From the NCBI GenBank assembly GCA_965242965.1, contig OZ251518.1:2624001-2688000 (forward strand): a DNA stretch of 64,000 nt. The letters are read 5' to 3'. How positions within the stretch are numbered: the stretch's first letter is position 1; the number at the start of each line of letters is the position of its first letter. The notes under the pieces are model-generated. The model saw nothing but the letters and a program-made list of their open reading frames with translations. It made no database searches and was not told where the DNA came from. Both the position numbers and the translations under genes were made by a program. Positions 20,775-28,873 of the stretch are shown here, in pieces. Origin of the DNA: Candidatus Poribacteria bacterium. Lineage in GTDB: Bacteria; Poribacteria; WGA-4E; WGA-3G.

Positions 20775-21992
20775 TTACTTTTTTTGCAATTTTCCGCGCA
20801 AAATAACGTCGCGGACGTTCAAATGTTCGTCAAGAATGACAATATCCGCCGCTGTGCCGCGCGCAATAGTGCCTATCCGGTCGGCGATGCCGAAATTCCG
20901 CGCGGGTGTTAAAGTCGCCATCGTCAGCGCGTCCTCAAGCGAATAACCCCAATTGACGACATTCCGGAGGCCTTCCATCAGCGTAATGTTCGCGCCAGCG
21001 AGCCGTTCTGTCGGTTCCCCGACATCAAGATACATCGCACCGTCTTTCACGTATTTTGCCTCCGCCAAACGATACGCCCCCAACTCCGGGACATATACAG
21101 CCTGCGCTTGCCATTCGGCGGTAGGCACACCGGCGAGCTCGGTGCAGTCCGTAATCAACCCAACTCCATCAATCCCCTTCCATCGGATGAGCGCGTCGCC
21201 CCAAAAGGGGGATACATGCCGTTCATCGACGATTAACTCCGCATGGATGCCTTCATGTGCTAGCACCGCTTCAACAGCACCTAGTTCGCGGTGGTGCATG
21301 CCGCTCATACCGTTAAAGGTATGCGTGGCGCGCGTGATGCCCGCGTCAATCGCCGCCATTGCCACCGGATACGTGGCATCCGTGTGCCCCATCGCAATGA
21401 CAATGTCGTTATAGGCATCTTTCCTGAATTCGGCGAGGTGTTTGATAAACCGAAAGTCTTCGTCCCGCTCCGGCGCAATCGAGATGACTTTCAGCGTTCC
21501 ATCAGATGCCGCCCACATAGAGTGGAATTCTTCAAAGTTCGGCGGTGTGATAAACCGCGCATCCTGCGCGCCGTTCTTCGCGAGACTGCCGAATTTCCCT
21601 TCTACATAAGAACCTAAAATGCGTGCACCGTCCTCAACAGGATAATCAGCAACGCGCGCTATTGCTTCGAGCGAAGCGTTGATTACCTCCATGCTCCCGG
21701 ATGAGATACCCAAGACAAGCGTAGTGACACCTGCCGCCGCGTGCGCGCGAACGATGCGCTGAATGTCTGCAACCTCGCCTGTCATCGTATCGCACCCACC
21801 GCCACCGTGAACGAGGCCGTCAATGAGGCCCGGGATGACAGTGCAACCGGTTGCATCAATGACGTTAGATGCGTTTTGCGGCGCGCCGTTCGTCATCACT
21901 TCTGATATTATGTCCCCCTGAATGACGACGCTGCCGCGTCCGACATGTTTCGGGGTATAGATGTCACCGTTGGTGATAGTCAGCGTGCTCAT
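20775..21992 (-). CDS. nagA: N-acetylglucosamine-6-phosphate deacetylase-like amidohydrolase
   Basis: PGLID..HG; SIAPE; MGHTDA; THTFNGM; LITD; TPARNFG...GTAADIV; start reassigned to ATG 21992. Confidence 0.8.
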   Translation of the reverse strand: MSTLTITNGDIYTPKHVGRGSVVIQGDIISEVMTNGAPQNASNVIDATGCTVIPGLIDGLVHGGGGCDTMTGEVADIQRIVRAHAAAGVTTLVLGISSGSMEVINASLEAIARVADYPVEDGARILGSYVEGKFGSLAKNGAQDARFITPPNFEEFHSMWAASDGTLKVISIAPERDEDFRFIKHLAEFRKDAYNDIVIAMGHTDATYPVAMAAIDAGITRATHTFNGMSGMHHRELGAVEAVLAHEGIHAELIVDERHVSPFWGDALIRWKGIDGVGLITDCTELAGVPTAEWQAQAVYVPELGAYRLAEAKYVKDGAMYLDVGEPTERLAGANITLMEGLRNVVNWGYSLEDALTMATLTPARNFGIADRIGTIARGTAADIVILDEHLNVRDVILRGKLQKK

Positions 21993-22042
21993 GCTTCTGT
22001 AAAGGCGGATGCCATCGCCGCCTATCTTTTCCTTTCCCCCAG

Positions 22043-22235
22043 TCTCGATGCGTTCAGAATCGCGGGGGACAGGCCCCCGCGCTACGGTAGGAGAGCCCTC
22101 CCGGTCTCGCCGGGTTCGGTATCGGGACAAGGATGTCCCTCCTACCCAAACACCGGTAGGCGAGACATCCCGGTCTCGATGCATTCAGAATCGCGGGGGA
22201 CAGGCCCCCGCGCTACGGTAGGAGAGCCCTCCCGA
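22043..22235. repeat. Mixed GTAG REP cluster (families A, B, C)
   Basis: Two copies of TTCAGAATCGCGGGGGACAGGCCCCCGCGCTACGGTAGGAGAGCCCTCCCG plus further B/C hairpins. Confidence 0.8.
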
Positions 22236-22245
22236 ACCCGATGCC

Positions 22246-22746
22246 TTATACCGAATCTGAGCCCCGTTCCAAAAAGAGAAAACTATACGCATACGGATTT
22301 TTCTCATCTGGTTCGCAATCAACGCGCTTCGCTTCGTGCCACTCCGTCATATCGAACGCAGGGAAGTAGACATTCCCCTCAAACGTTGCATGAACTCGCG
22401 TTAGATAGAGCCGATGCGCGTGCGGCAAAAATGCTTGATAAATCGGCGAGCCGCCGCAAATCATAAGTTCTTCTGCATCGGCGGCAATTGCCAACACCTC
22501 GTCTACCGAATGCGCCACAAGACAGCCGATGGGAACCTCATACTCCACGTTGCGCGTCAAAATAATGTTCAGCCGTTTGCCGAGAGGCCGCTTCAGCGTT
22601 TCAAACGTCTTCCTTCCCATGACAACAGGCTTGCCCACCGTCATGTCCCGGAAGTGCCGCCGGTCTGCCGGTAGTTGCCACGGAATCTCGGGTCCGTTAC
22701 CGATGAGGCGATTTTCGTCCATCGCGGCGATGAGAGAGATGAGCAT
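22246..22746 (-). CDS. folA: Dihydrofolate reductase
   Basis: ISLIAAMDENRLIG; IPWQLPAD; VVMGRKTFE; ICGG; LYLTRV. Confidence 0.95.
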   Translation of the reverse strand: MLISLIAAMDENRLIGNGPEIPWQLPADRRHFRDMTVGKPVVMGRKTFETLKRPLGKRLNIILTRNVEYEVPIGCLVAHSVDEVLAIAADAEELMICGGSPIYQAFLPHAHRLYLTRVHATFEGNVYFPAFDMTEWHEAKRVDCEPDEKNPYAYSFLFLERGSDSV

Positions 22747-22880
22747 CGTTTTTCCTAAGCGCGGCACGTTGAGGGCCAGGTCCTCGTTCTACGGAGACTT
22801 ACTGTAGTTCGGGAGCGCCCGCTCCCGAAACGGCATGTCCTCGTTCTACGGTGACTACAGTGACGCGGCGTGTCTCTGAT

Positions 22881-23399
22881 TTACGAACCTTCCGCTTTTT
22901 CTTCTTCCAACTCGCGTTCGGCATCTTCAATGCCTGCCAGCACCTGTTCTGCAAAGTGGATGATGGTTTCGCTGAGGAGGCCAGGCACGAGTTTCACTTC
23001 GTCTTTCTCCTTCCATTCCATCTTGAACTCTTCGGCACCGACGAGTTCGTCCAGCGCGTCTCCAAGAGCTTCCTGCGTGATATTAAAGTGCTCAGCGAGT
23101 TCACTGAGGCTGAGCGGCTCTTCTATCTGAAAAGCGAGCACCTCCATCCACAGCCACATGCCGATGCGCCGCGCGATGGTCGAGAGCTCAAGATCTTGAT
23201 CCGCGAAGCGGGTTATCGCGGCGAAACAGTAAGTGCCGTGATGCGGATAGTCAATCAAGATCTCTTCCAATTCCTCAAAGGCGAGTTGGATTAAGAAGGC
23301 GGCTTCTTCCGGTAGCGGAAATTCATCCATTGCGTCGCCATGGTGGTTTCCGTTGTGCCCCGGCTCGCCAAAGCTGAAGTTGCGTTGTTCTTGCGCCAT
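22881..23399 (-). CDS. Acidic hypothetical protein with possible HTH-like segment
   Basis: 172-aa ORF with GAGGA RBS, co-oriented between thyA and folA. Confidence 0.65.
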   Translation of the reverse strand: MAQEQRNFSFGEPGHNGNHHGDAMDEFPLPEEAAFLIQLAFEELEEILIDYPHHGTYCFAAITRFADQDLELSTIARRIGMWLWMEVLAFQIEEPLSLSELAEHFNITQEALGDALDELVGAEEFKMEWKEKDEVKLVPGLLSETIIHFAEQVLAGIEDAERELEEEKAEGS

Positions 23400-23432
23400 G
23401 TGCGGTTCCTCTATCTGTTTGGTATGATACGC

Positions 23433-24230
23433 CTAGACAATCAACGGTGCGCGGATAGTATCATGGTGTCGGTAATTATCTAACCGAATGTCCTGCATCT
23501 TGAAATCGTCAATGCAGGTGACGTTTGGGTTGAGGACAAGTTTCGGCGGCGGATAAGGTTCGCGCTGGAGCTGCGTTTTCACCTGCTCAAAATGTTCTTG
23601 ATAGATATGCGCGTCGCCTAACGTCAGGATGAACTCGTGCGGTTCAAGGTTTGTCACTTGCGCTACCATTGACAAAAGCAAGGCATAAGACGCGATGTTG
23701 AACGGCACCCCAAGGAACATATCACAGCTGCGCAGATACATCTGCAAGGAGAGTTTCCCTTCGGCGACGAAAAATTGAAAGAAGATGTGGCACGGCGGCA
23801 GTGCCATCTGGTCCAATTCGCCTGGGTTCCACGCGGTGACGATGTGTCGACGGCTGTGCGGTTCTTCCTTCAGCTGCGCAATGACTTCGGCGAGCTGATC
23901 TTGTTCGCCATTCGCCGTTCGCCACTGTCGCCATTGGATGCCGTAAATTCTGCCGAGTTGTCCATCGCGGTCCCACGTTTCGGCGTTTGCGTCCCAGATT
24001 CGCGTGCCGAGTTTCCGGAATTTTTCAACGTTGTCATAGGCGCGTAGAAACCCCAAAAGTTCAGCTTTCATGGAGCGGAAGGCGAGTTTTTTCGTCGTTA
24101 CGGCGGGAAACCCTTCTTGGAGATTATAGCGCATTTGCATGCCAAAGAGGGCGCGAGTGCCGCCGTTCCTACCTGCCCGGTCCACCCCGGTAGTGAGTAT
24201 TTGATGTAGCGCGTCTAAATAAGATGTCAT
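23433..24230 (-). CDS. thyA: Thymidylate synthase
   Basis: FPAVTTKK; SRRHIVTAWNP; LPPCH; RSCDMFLGVPFN; GDAHIY. Confidence 0.96.
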   Translation of the reverse strand: MTSYLDALHQILTTGVDRAGRNGGTRALFGMQMRYNLQEGFPAVTTKKLAFRSMKAELLGFLRAYDNVEKFRKLGTRIWDANAETWDRDGQLGRIYGIQWRQWRTANGEQDQLAEVIAQLKEEPHSRRHIVTAWNPGELDQMALPPCHIFFQFFVAEGKLSLQMYLRSCDMFLGVPFNIASYALLLSMVAQVTNLEPHEFILTLGDAHIYQEHFEQVKTQLQREPYPPPKLVLNPNVTCIDDFKMQDIRLDNYRHHDTIRAPLIV

Positions 24231-24241
24231 GCCTACCCTTT

Positions 24242-24673
24242 TTATTCATCCGTGCTGCCGAACCCGCCACGTGACGGTGCAGACATCTCCTCGACTTCGT
24301 TCCATTCTGTCTTGTCAACTCGGACAAACACCGCTTGCGCGATGCGGCTGCCTCTCTCAATCGTAACCGGTTTATCGGTGAAATTGTAAACCTGAATGTG
24401 GAGTTCGTCGTTTTCGCCGCAGTAATCGTTATCGACAACGCCGAGTCCTTGCGGCATCAGCACGCCGTGTTTGCGCGGTGTGCTACTCCGCAGACATACC
24501 ATCAGCATGTAACCGGGCGGCGTTTCAACGATAACGTTCGCCGGAATGAGGACGATGCGGTGCGGCGCAATCTCGGCGGTTTCGCGGCAGAGCAAATCAA
24601 AGCCGACTGAGCCGGCGGTTTCGTATTTCGGCAGCGGCAGCGTTTTATCAACGCGTTTGATGTTAACGTTCAT
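24242..24673 (-). CDS. dut: Trimeric dUTPase
   Basis: Motifs GSVGFDL, RSS, GVVDNDYCG, RIAQ, RGGFGST. Confidence 0.92.
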   Translation of the reverse strand: MNVNIKRVDKTLPLPKYETAGSVGFDLLCRETAEIAPHRIVLIPANVIVETPPGYMLMVCLRSSTPRKHGVLMPQGLGVVDNDYCGENDELHIQVYNFTDKPVTIERGSRIAQAVFVRVDKTEWNEVEEMSAPSRGGFGSTDE

Positions 24674-24684
24674 GTGCAATATAG

Positions 24685-25032
24685 GGCAGGATCGCCTGAT
24701 CTTGACCCGTTCGGGAGCAGGTGCTCCCGAACTACAGAGTTATGAAACACCCTCACGTTACCGTAGCGCGGGGGCCTGTCCCCCGCGATCGTCAAGTTAC
24801 TTCGGAACATTGTTGAGGGACAGGCCCTCAACCTACGGTGCGATGAAAAATCGTCGCATGTTGAGGGACAGGCCCTCAACCTACGGTTTTCAATGTGGAA
24901 TCTCGGCGTGTTGAGGGACAGGCCCTCAACCTACGATTCGATGGAGAATCTCGGCATGTTGAGGGACAGGCCCTCAACCTACGGTGCAATAAAAAATCGT
25001 CGCATGTTGAGGGACAGGCCCTCAACCTACGG
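24685..25032. repeat. REP cluster including 5 tandem TGTTGAGGGACAGGCCCTCAACCTACG units
   Basis: Identical 27-bp units separated by mutually similar 21-23 bp linkers, plus D/E/A hairpins. Confidence 0.85.
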
Positions 25033-25035
25033 TTA

Positions 25036-25920
25036 CTATGGCACGGATACCCCGGCAACCTTGCACCGGATACAATACAGTGAGGTGCTAGCCGTGATAA
25101 ACAGCGTTTTCCAATCATCGCCGCCCCAAGCGAGATTCGCCGCGCGTTCCGGCGTGAAAATCACCCCAAGGTGTGTCCCCTCCGGCGCGAAGACCCAGAT
25201 TCCGCCAGGTCCCGTCAAATAAACATTTCCTTGCACATCTACCTTCATGCCGTCCGGTTTCCCGTTCTCACCCTTTTCAATGCCGAAGACGCGCCCATTC
25301 GCAATCGTGCCATCTGCCTGGACATCAAAGGCGCGGATGTGCATCCGTTCGGTGTCGTTAATGTAGAGAATAGACTCGTCCGGTGAGAAACAGAGCCCAT
25401 TCGGCCGGTCGAAATCGTCAACGAGGAGCGTCAATGTCTCGCCATCAGGTGACAGACGGTATACGCCTTGAAAACCGAGTTCCTTCTCTGATTCAACGCC
25501 ATACGCCGAGGTGAGCCCGTAAGGCGGATCCGTGAAATAGAGACTCCCATCCGATTTGACGACAACATCATTCGGGCTGTTCAAGCTTTTGCCTTCATAG
25601 TGCGACGCGATGGTGACAACCTCACCATCGGGATTCGTTCGGGACACGCGCCGGTTGGCATGTTCGCAAGCGATGAGGCATCCCTGTTTATCATAAGTCA
25701 GCCCATTTGATTTTCCGGAAGGTTTCCGAAAAACGCTCATTCCTGACGTTGCGTCCCACTGCCGCATCGTATTGGCGGGGATATCGCTAAACAGCAGAAA
25801 CTTCCCGGAGGCGTTCCAGAGCGGCCCCTCGGTAAACTGGCATCCGGTTGCGAGCTGCTCCATCTCCGCATCAGCATCCACCAATTGGACGAGTCGTGCA
25901 TCTTGGATATCAAGTCCCAT
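25036..25920 (-). CDS. SMP-30/gluconolactonase/LRE family protein
   Basis: FTEGPLW; FSDIP; LNSPND; YFTDPPYG; PNGLCFSPDE; PDGMKVD. Confidence 0.9.
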   Translation of the reverse strand: MGLDIQDARLVQLVDADAEMEQLATGCQFTEGPLWNASGKFLLFSDIPANTMRQWDATSGMSVFRKPSGKSNGLTYDKQGCLIACEHANRRVSRTNPDGEVVTIASHYEGKSLNSPNDVVVKSDGSLYFTDPPYGLTSAYGVESEKELGFQGVYRLSPDGETLTLLVDDFDRPNGLCFSPDESILYINDTERMHIRAFDVQADGTIANGRVFGIEKGENGKPDGMKVDVQGNVYLTGPGGIWVFAPEGTHLGVIFTPERAANLAWGGDDWKTLFITASTSLYCIRCKVAGVSVP

Positions 25921-25980
25921 CTTGAAATGTCCTTTATTTTTCCGGACGATATAGAAATCTGTCCTGACATACATTTTTTC

Positions 25981-26009
25981 TTGACATATTCTCTAATTTA
26001 CGTTATCAT
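25981..26009 (+). promoter_or_regulatory. Putative sigma70 promoter (plus strand)
   Basis: TTGACA-17 bp-TATCAT. Confidence 0.5.
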
Positions 26010-26126
26010 AAATAGAGAATCATCAAATTTCGCGGAGTTATCGCGCGTCGCGACACTTTTTCCGTAGGAGGGACATCCTTGTCCCGATGTGTTCATCGAG
26101 ACCAGGAGGGCTCTCCTACTGACTGA

Positions 26127-26200
<74 letters not shown>

Positions 26201-26220
26201 AAAAAATTGTAGACGTATAT

Positions 26221-26250
26221 AGTATACCACATTCGGACAGCATTTGTCAA
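26221..26250 (-). promoter_or_regulatory. tRNA promoter
   Basis: Minus strand TTGACA-18 bp-TATACT with extended -10. Confidence 0.7.
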
Positions 26251-26290
26251 ATTTTTTTTTGGAATTTTTCTAAAAGGGAGAAATAAACAG

Positions 26291-27385
26291 ATGAAACGCA
26301 GATTTCAGCAACTCTCAATTCTCGGGGCAATAGTGATTTTTTTGTTTAGCCTTGCCCCGGAAGAGGTGGAAAGTCGGCGGCGCGGCGGCGGACGTAGTTT
26401 CAGCCGCAGTTCAAGTCGTCGGAGTTACAGCGCGCCGAGGCGTTCCACAAGTAGGACCCGCAGCAGCAGCTCTACCCGGAGCAGGACCACGCGTCCGCGG
26501 AGTTCCACTTCTACCAGCACGCGCACCACACGTAGTACTACTGGCACGCGTGCGAGCACGACTGCCCGTCAGAAACAGACCGCGACGAACCGCGCGCGGA
26601 CAACGACAGGCACGTCAACGCGCAACGCTAGGACGAATCGAAACAACGCGACGACGCGGAGTTCGACGCGCAGCCAACAGCGGCAGGTAAAGTCGCAAAA
26701 TCGCAAACAGGTGCGGCAGCTCAAATCGGAGAATCGTCGATTAAAGCGCGAAAATAGACGTGCAAATCGCGAAACTGCCCGCGCCCGCCGCGATGCGCGC
26801 CAAACGATTAACATCAACAACTTCGGTGGGTATTATCCCATGGCCGGCTATTCAATGTATAGCCTAGGTGCCTCCATGGCGTTCAACAACCTCATGTTCG
26901 GCATATACTTCCACGATCACTACAACCACGCGATCCGCCATAGTTATATGTGGCACTATCACCACCGAGACTATGACAGGTCGCACTGGGATGCCAAAAA
27001 GCAGGCGGAGTATGAATACTATAAGGAATACTACGAAAGCCAAGGCATCGAACCCAATCCGAATTACGTTGACCCGGGCACCAATCGTGACGAAGACTAC
27101 GTCGCGAGTTACGTCCAAGAGAATCCCAATGAGTTTTACGGGGAAAACGCCGAAGTCTTCACCGTCGATCAACTTCCAGATGAAGAGGCACTGAAGGAAG
27201 AACTCCTCGCGGCTGCTGAAACACCGACGGCGACTACCGCTGTTGCCTCTCGCGCGCCACCCGCGCCGCAAAAAGTGGTCCTCGAAAAGAAGACTTCGGG
27301 GGGAACGTGGTTCGTCCTCATCTTCGGCGGGATTCTCGTCGTCGGTGTCATCGCCATCGTGATGTATAATAAGGGTTATTTCTAG
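26291..27385 (+). CDS. Exported, C-terminally membrane-anchored hypothetical protein with Arg/Ser/Thr-rich low-complexity N-terminus
   Basis: Signal-like N-terminus, C-terminal TM 'WFVLIFGGILVVGVIAIVM', GGGAG RBS. Confidence 0.7.
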   Translation: MKRRFQQLSILGAIVIFLFSLAPEEVESRRRGGGRSFSRSSSRRSYSAPRRSTSRTRSSSSTRSRTTRPRSSTSTSTRTTRSTTGTRASTTARQKQTATNRARTTTGTSTRNARTNRNNATTRSSTRSQQRQVKSQNRKQVRQLKSENRRLKRENRRANRETARARRDARQTININNFGGYYPMAGYSMYSLGASMAFNNLMFGIYFHDHYNHAIRHSYMWHYHHRDYDRSHWDAKKQAEYEYYKEYYESQGIEPNPNYVDPGTNRDEDYVASYVQENPNEFYGENAEVFTVDQLPDEEALKEELLAAAETPTATTAVASRAPPAPQKVVLEKKTSGGTWFVLIFGGILVVGVIAIVMYNKGYF

Positions 27386-27406
27386 GGGAAGGACACCCTC
27401 ATTTAC

Positions 27407-27675
27407 CGTAGCGCGAGGGCCTGTCCCTCGCGATGCCTTAAGCATCGAGACCGAGAGGTCTCTCCTACTGATGACGATCGCGGGGGACAGGCCCCCGCGC
27501 TACGGTAAAGGAAGAAGGCATCGAGACCGGGAGGTCTCTCCTACCGGAAGGCATCTCCCCCTCTGTAGTTCGGGAGCGCCTGCTCCCGAACGGGTCAGGA
27601 TCTGGCGATCCTGACCTACAGGGGTGAGGCGGTCTGCTAGCCAAACGCATGGCGGGGGACAGACCCCCGCCCTAC
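27407..27675. repeat. Mixed GTAG REP cluster (A, B, D, E)
   Basis: Multiple GTAG/CTAC-bounded hairpins. Confidence 0.8.
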
Positions 27676-27718
27676 GTCACAAAAACGGAACAATTCTAAT
27701 ACTTTTGGAAACAAAAAC

Positions 27719-28354
27719 ATGGCACTTTTTGGCAGAAAAAACGGCAAATCGCTATTTGGCAAACGGAAAACCGACGACGCGCCCAAGAAAAAACCACAAC
27801 GGCACGAACTCGTCGATATTCCCATCAACAGCATGATAGAACTCTCCGACATTACGACTTACGAGGAGACCGGGGATACCTCACGCGCCTATAAACTGGT
27901 CACCCGAAAGAAGTATGTCGGCGAGGGACTCCTTCGCTATATGTATCACCTCCAAGATGTGGAGACAGAAGTGGTGCTAGGCGTAGATGGCATCGCAGGA
28001 CGAAAGGACGAATACGAAATCTCGCGCTGGATTGTCGACGGCGAAGAGGAACTCGGCGAACAGCTAACTGACGAGATAACGCTCCACTATCCGCATCCCG
28101 ATAACGAAGACGAGGAAATCGCAGTAGTATACGGCAAACAGGAGAGCGTCCCTGCAACCCTCACCGTAACTACTGAACAGGGACAAGAGGAATTCTCGGC
28201 GGAACTCCACGAATACGCCACCGATGACGATGAATTCATGTCGGTGGAACTTTGCGGGGATTGGTTAACCTTCTACGTCGGCGCGTTGATAACGCGTTCC
28301 GATATTGAAATCTATCCTGCGATGGAGAGTGAAACCAAGCGAAAGTCGGATTAA
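27719..28354 (+). CDS. DUF4178/DUF2491(YjfK)-like protein
   Basis: N-terminal 'LFGK' repeat; C-terminal 'HEYATDDDEFMSVE...FYVGALITRSDIEIYP' resembles DUF4178 pattern (recalled similarity). Confidence 0.5.
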   Translation: MALFGRKNGKSLFGKRKTDDAPKKKPQRHELVDIPINSMIELSDITTYEETGDTSRAYKLVTRKKYVGEGLLRYMYHLQDVETEVVLGVDGIAGRKDEYEISRWIVDGEEELGEQLTDEITLHYPHPDNEDEEIAVVYGKQESVPATLTVTTEQGQEEFSAELHEYATDDDEFMSVELCGDWLTFYVGALITRSDIEIYPAMESETKRKSD

Positions 28355-28371
28355 AAAAACGGCCCCTGGCC

Positions 28372-28835
28372 CGTAGCGCGGGGGCCCTCGGATGCCACAC
28401 GCGCATCCGAGAGGGTTTCCCCCGCGATCCGCTCAAGACAGGAAACGCCCCGGACACCGTAGCGCGGGGGCCTGTCCCGCTCTGTAGTTTGTGATCGCCT
28501 GATCACAAACGGCATCCCCCGACACGTAGCGCGGGGGCCTGTCCCCCGCGATGCTGGCATAGGGAGACATCCCCCGACACGTAGCGCGGGGGCCTGTCCC
28601 CCGCGATCTATGAACGAGGAGAATCCCTCAACTCAGGAAAAATCGAGACCAGGAGGTCTCGCCTACCGAAAGTAGGTGGCGATCGCCTGATCGCCAACGG
28701 CAAGATCAGGCGATCTTGCCCTACTACTGGCCCGCTCACTGTAGATGGCGATCGCCTAATCGCTAACGGCAAGATCAGGCGATCTTGCCCTACTATTGGC
28801 CCGCTCACTGTAGATGGCGATCGCCTGATCGCCAC
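28372..28835. repeat. Mixed GTAG REP cluster (A, A-with-insert, B, E variants)
   Basis: Tandem GATCGCCTGATC-core hairpins and CCTGT-loop hairpins. Confidence 0.8.
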
Positions 28836-28873
28836 CGCGCAAACCCAATTAATCTCAACACGGAGAAACACCT

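Noticed and set aside
21993-22184. 64-residue N-terminal extension of NagA in the ORF track
   Set aside because: It is translated REP sequence ('VARGPVPR', 'DREGSPT'); the real start is ATG 21992
24810-25032. CRISPR-like array: five identical 27-bp palindromic repeats with ~21-23 bp spacers
   Set aside because: Spacers are similar to each other (1 resembles 4, 2 resembles 3), the repeat is a covariant of the dispersed GTAG REP family A, and there are no cas genes or leader
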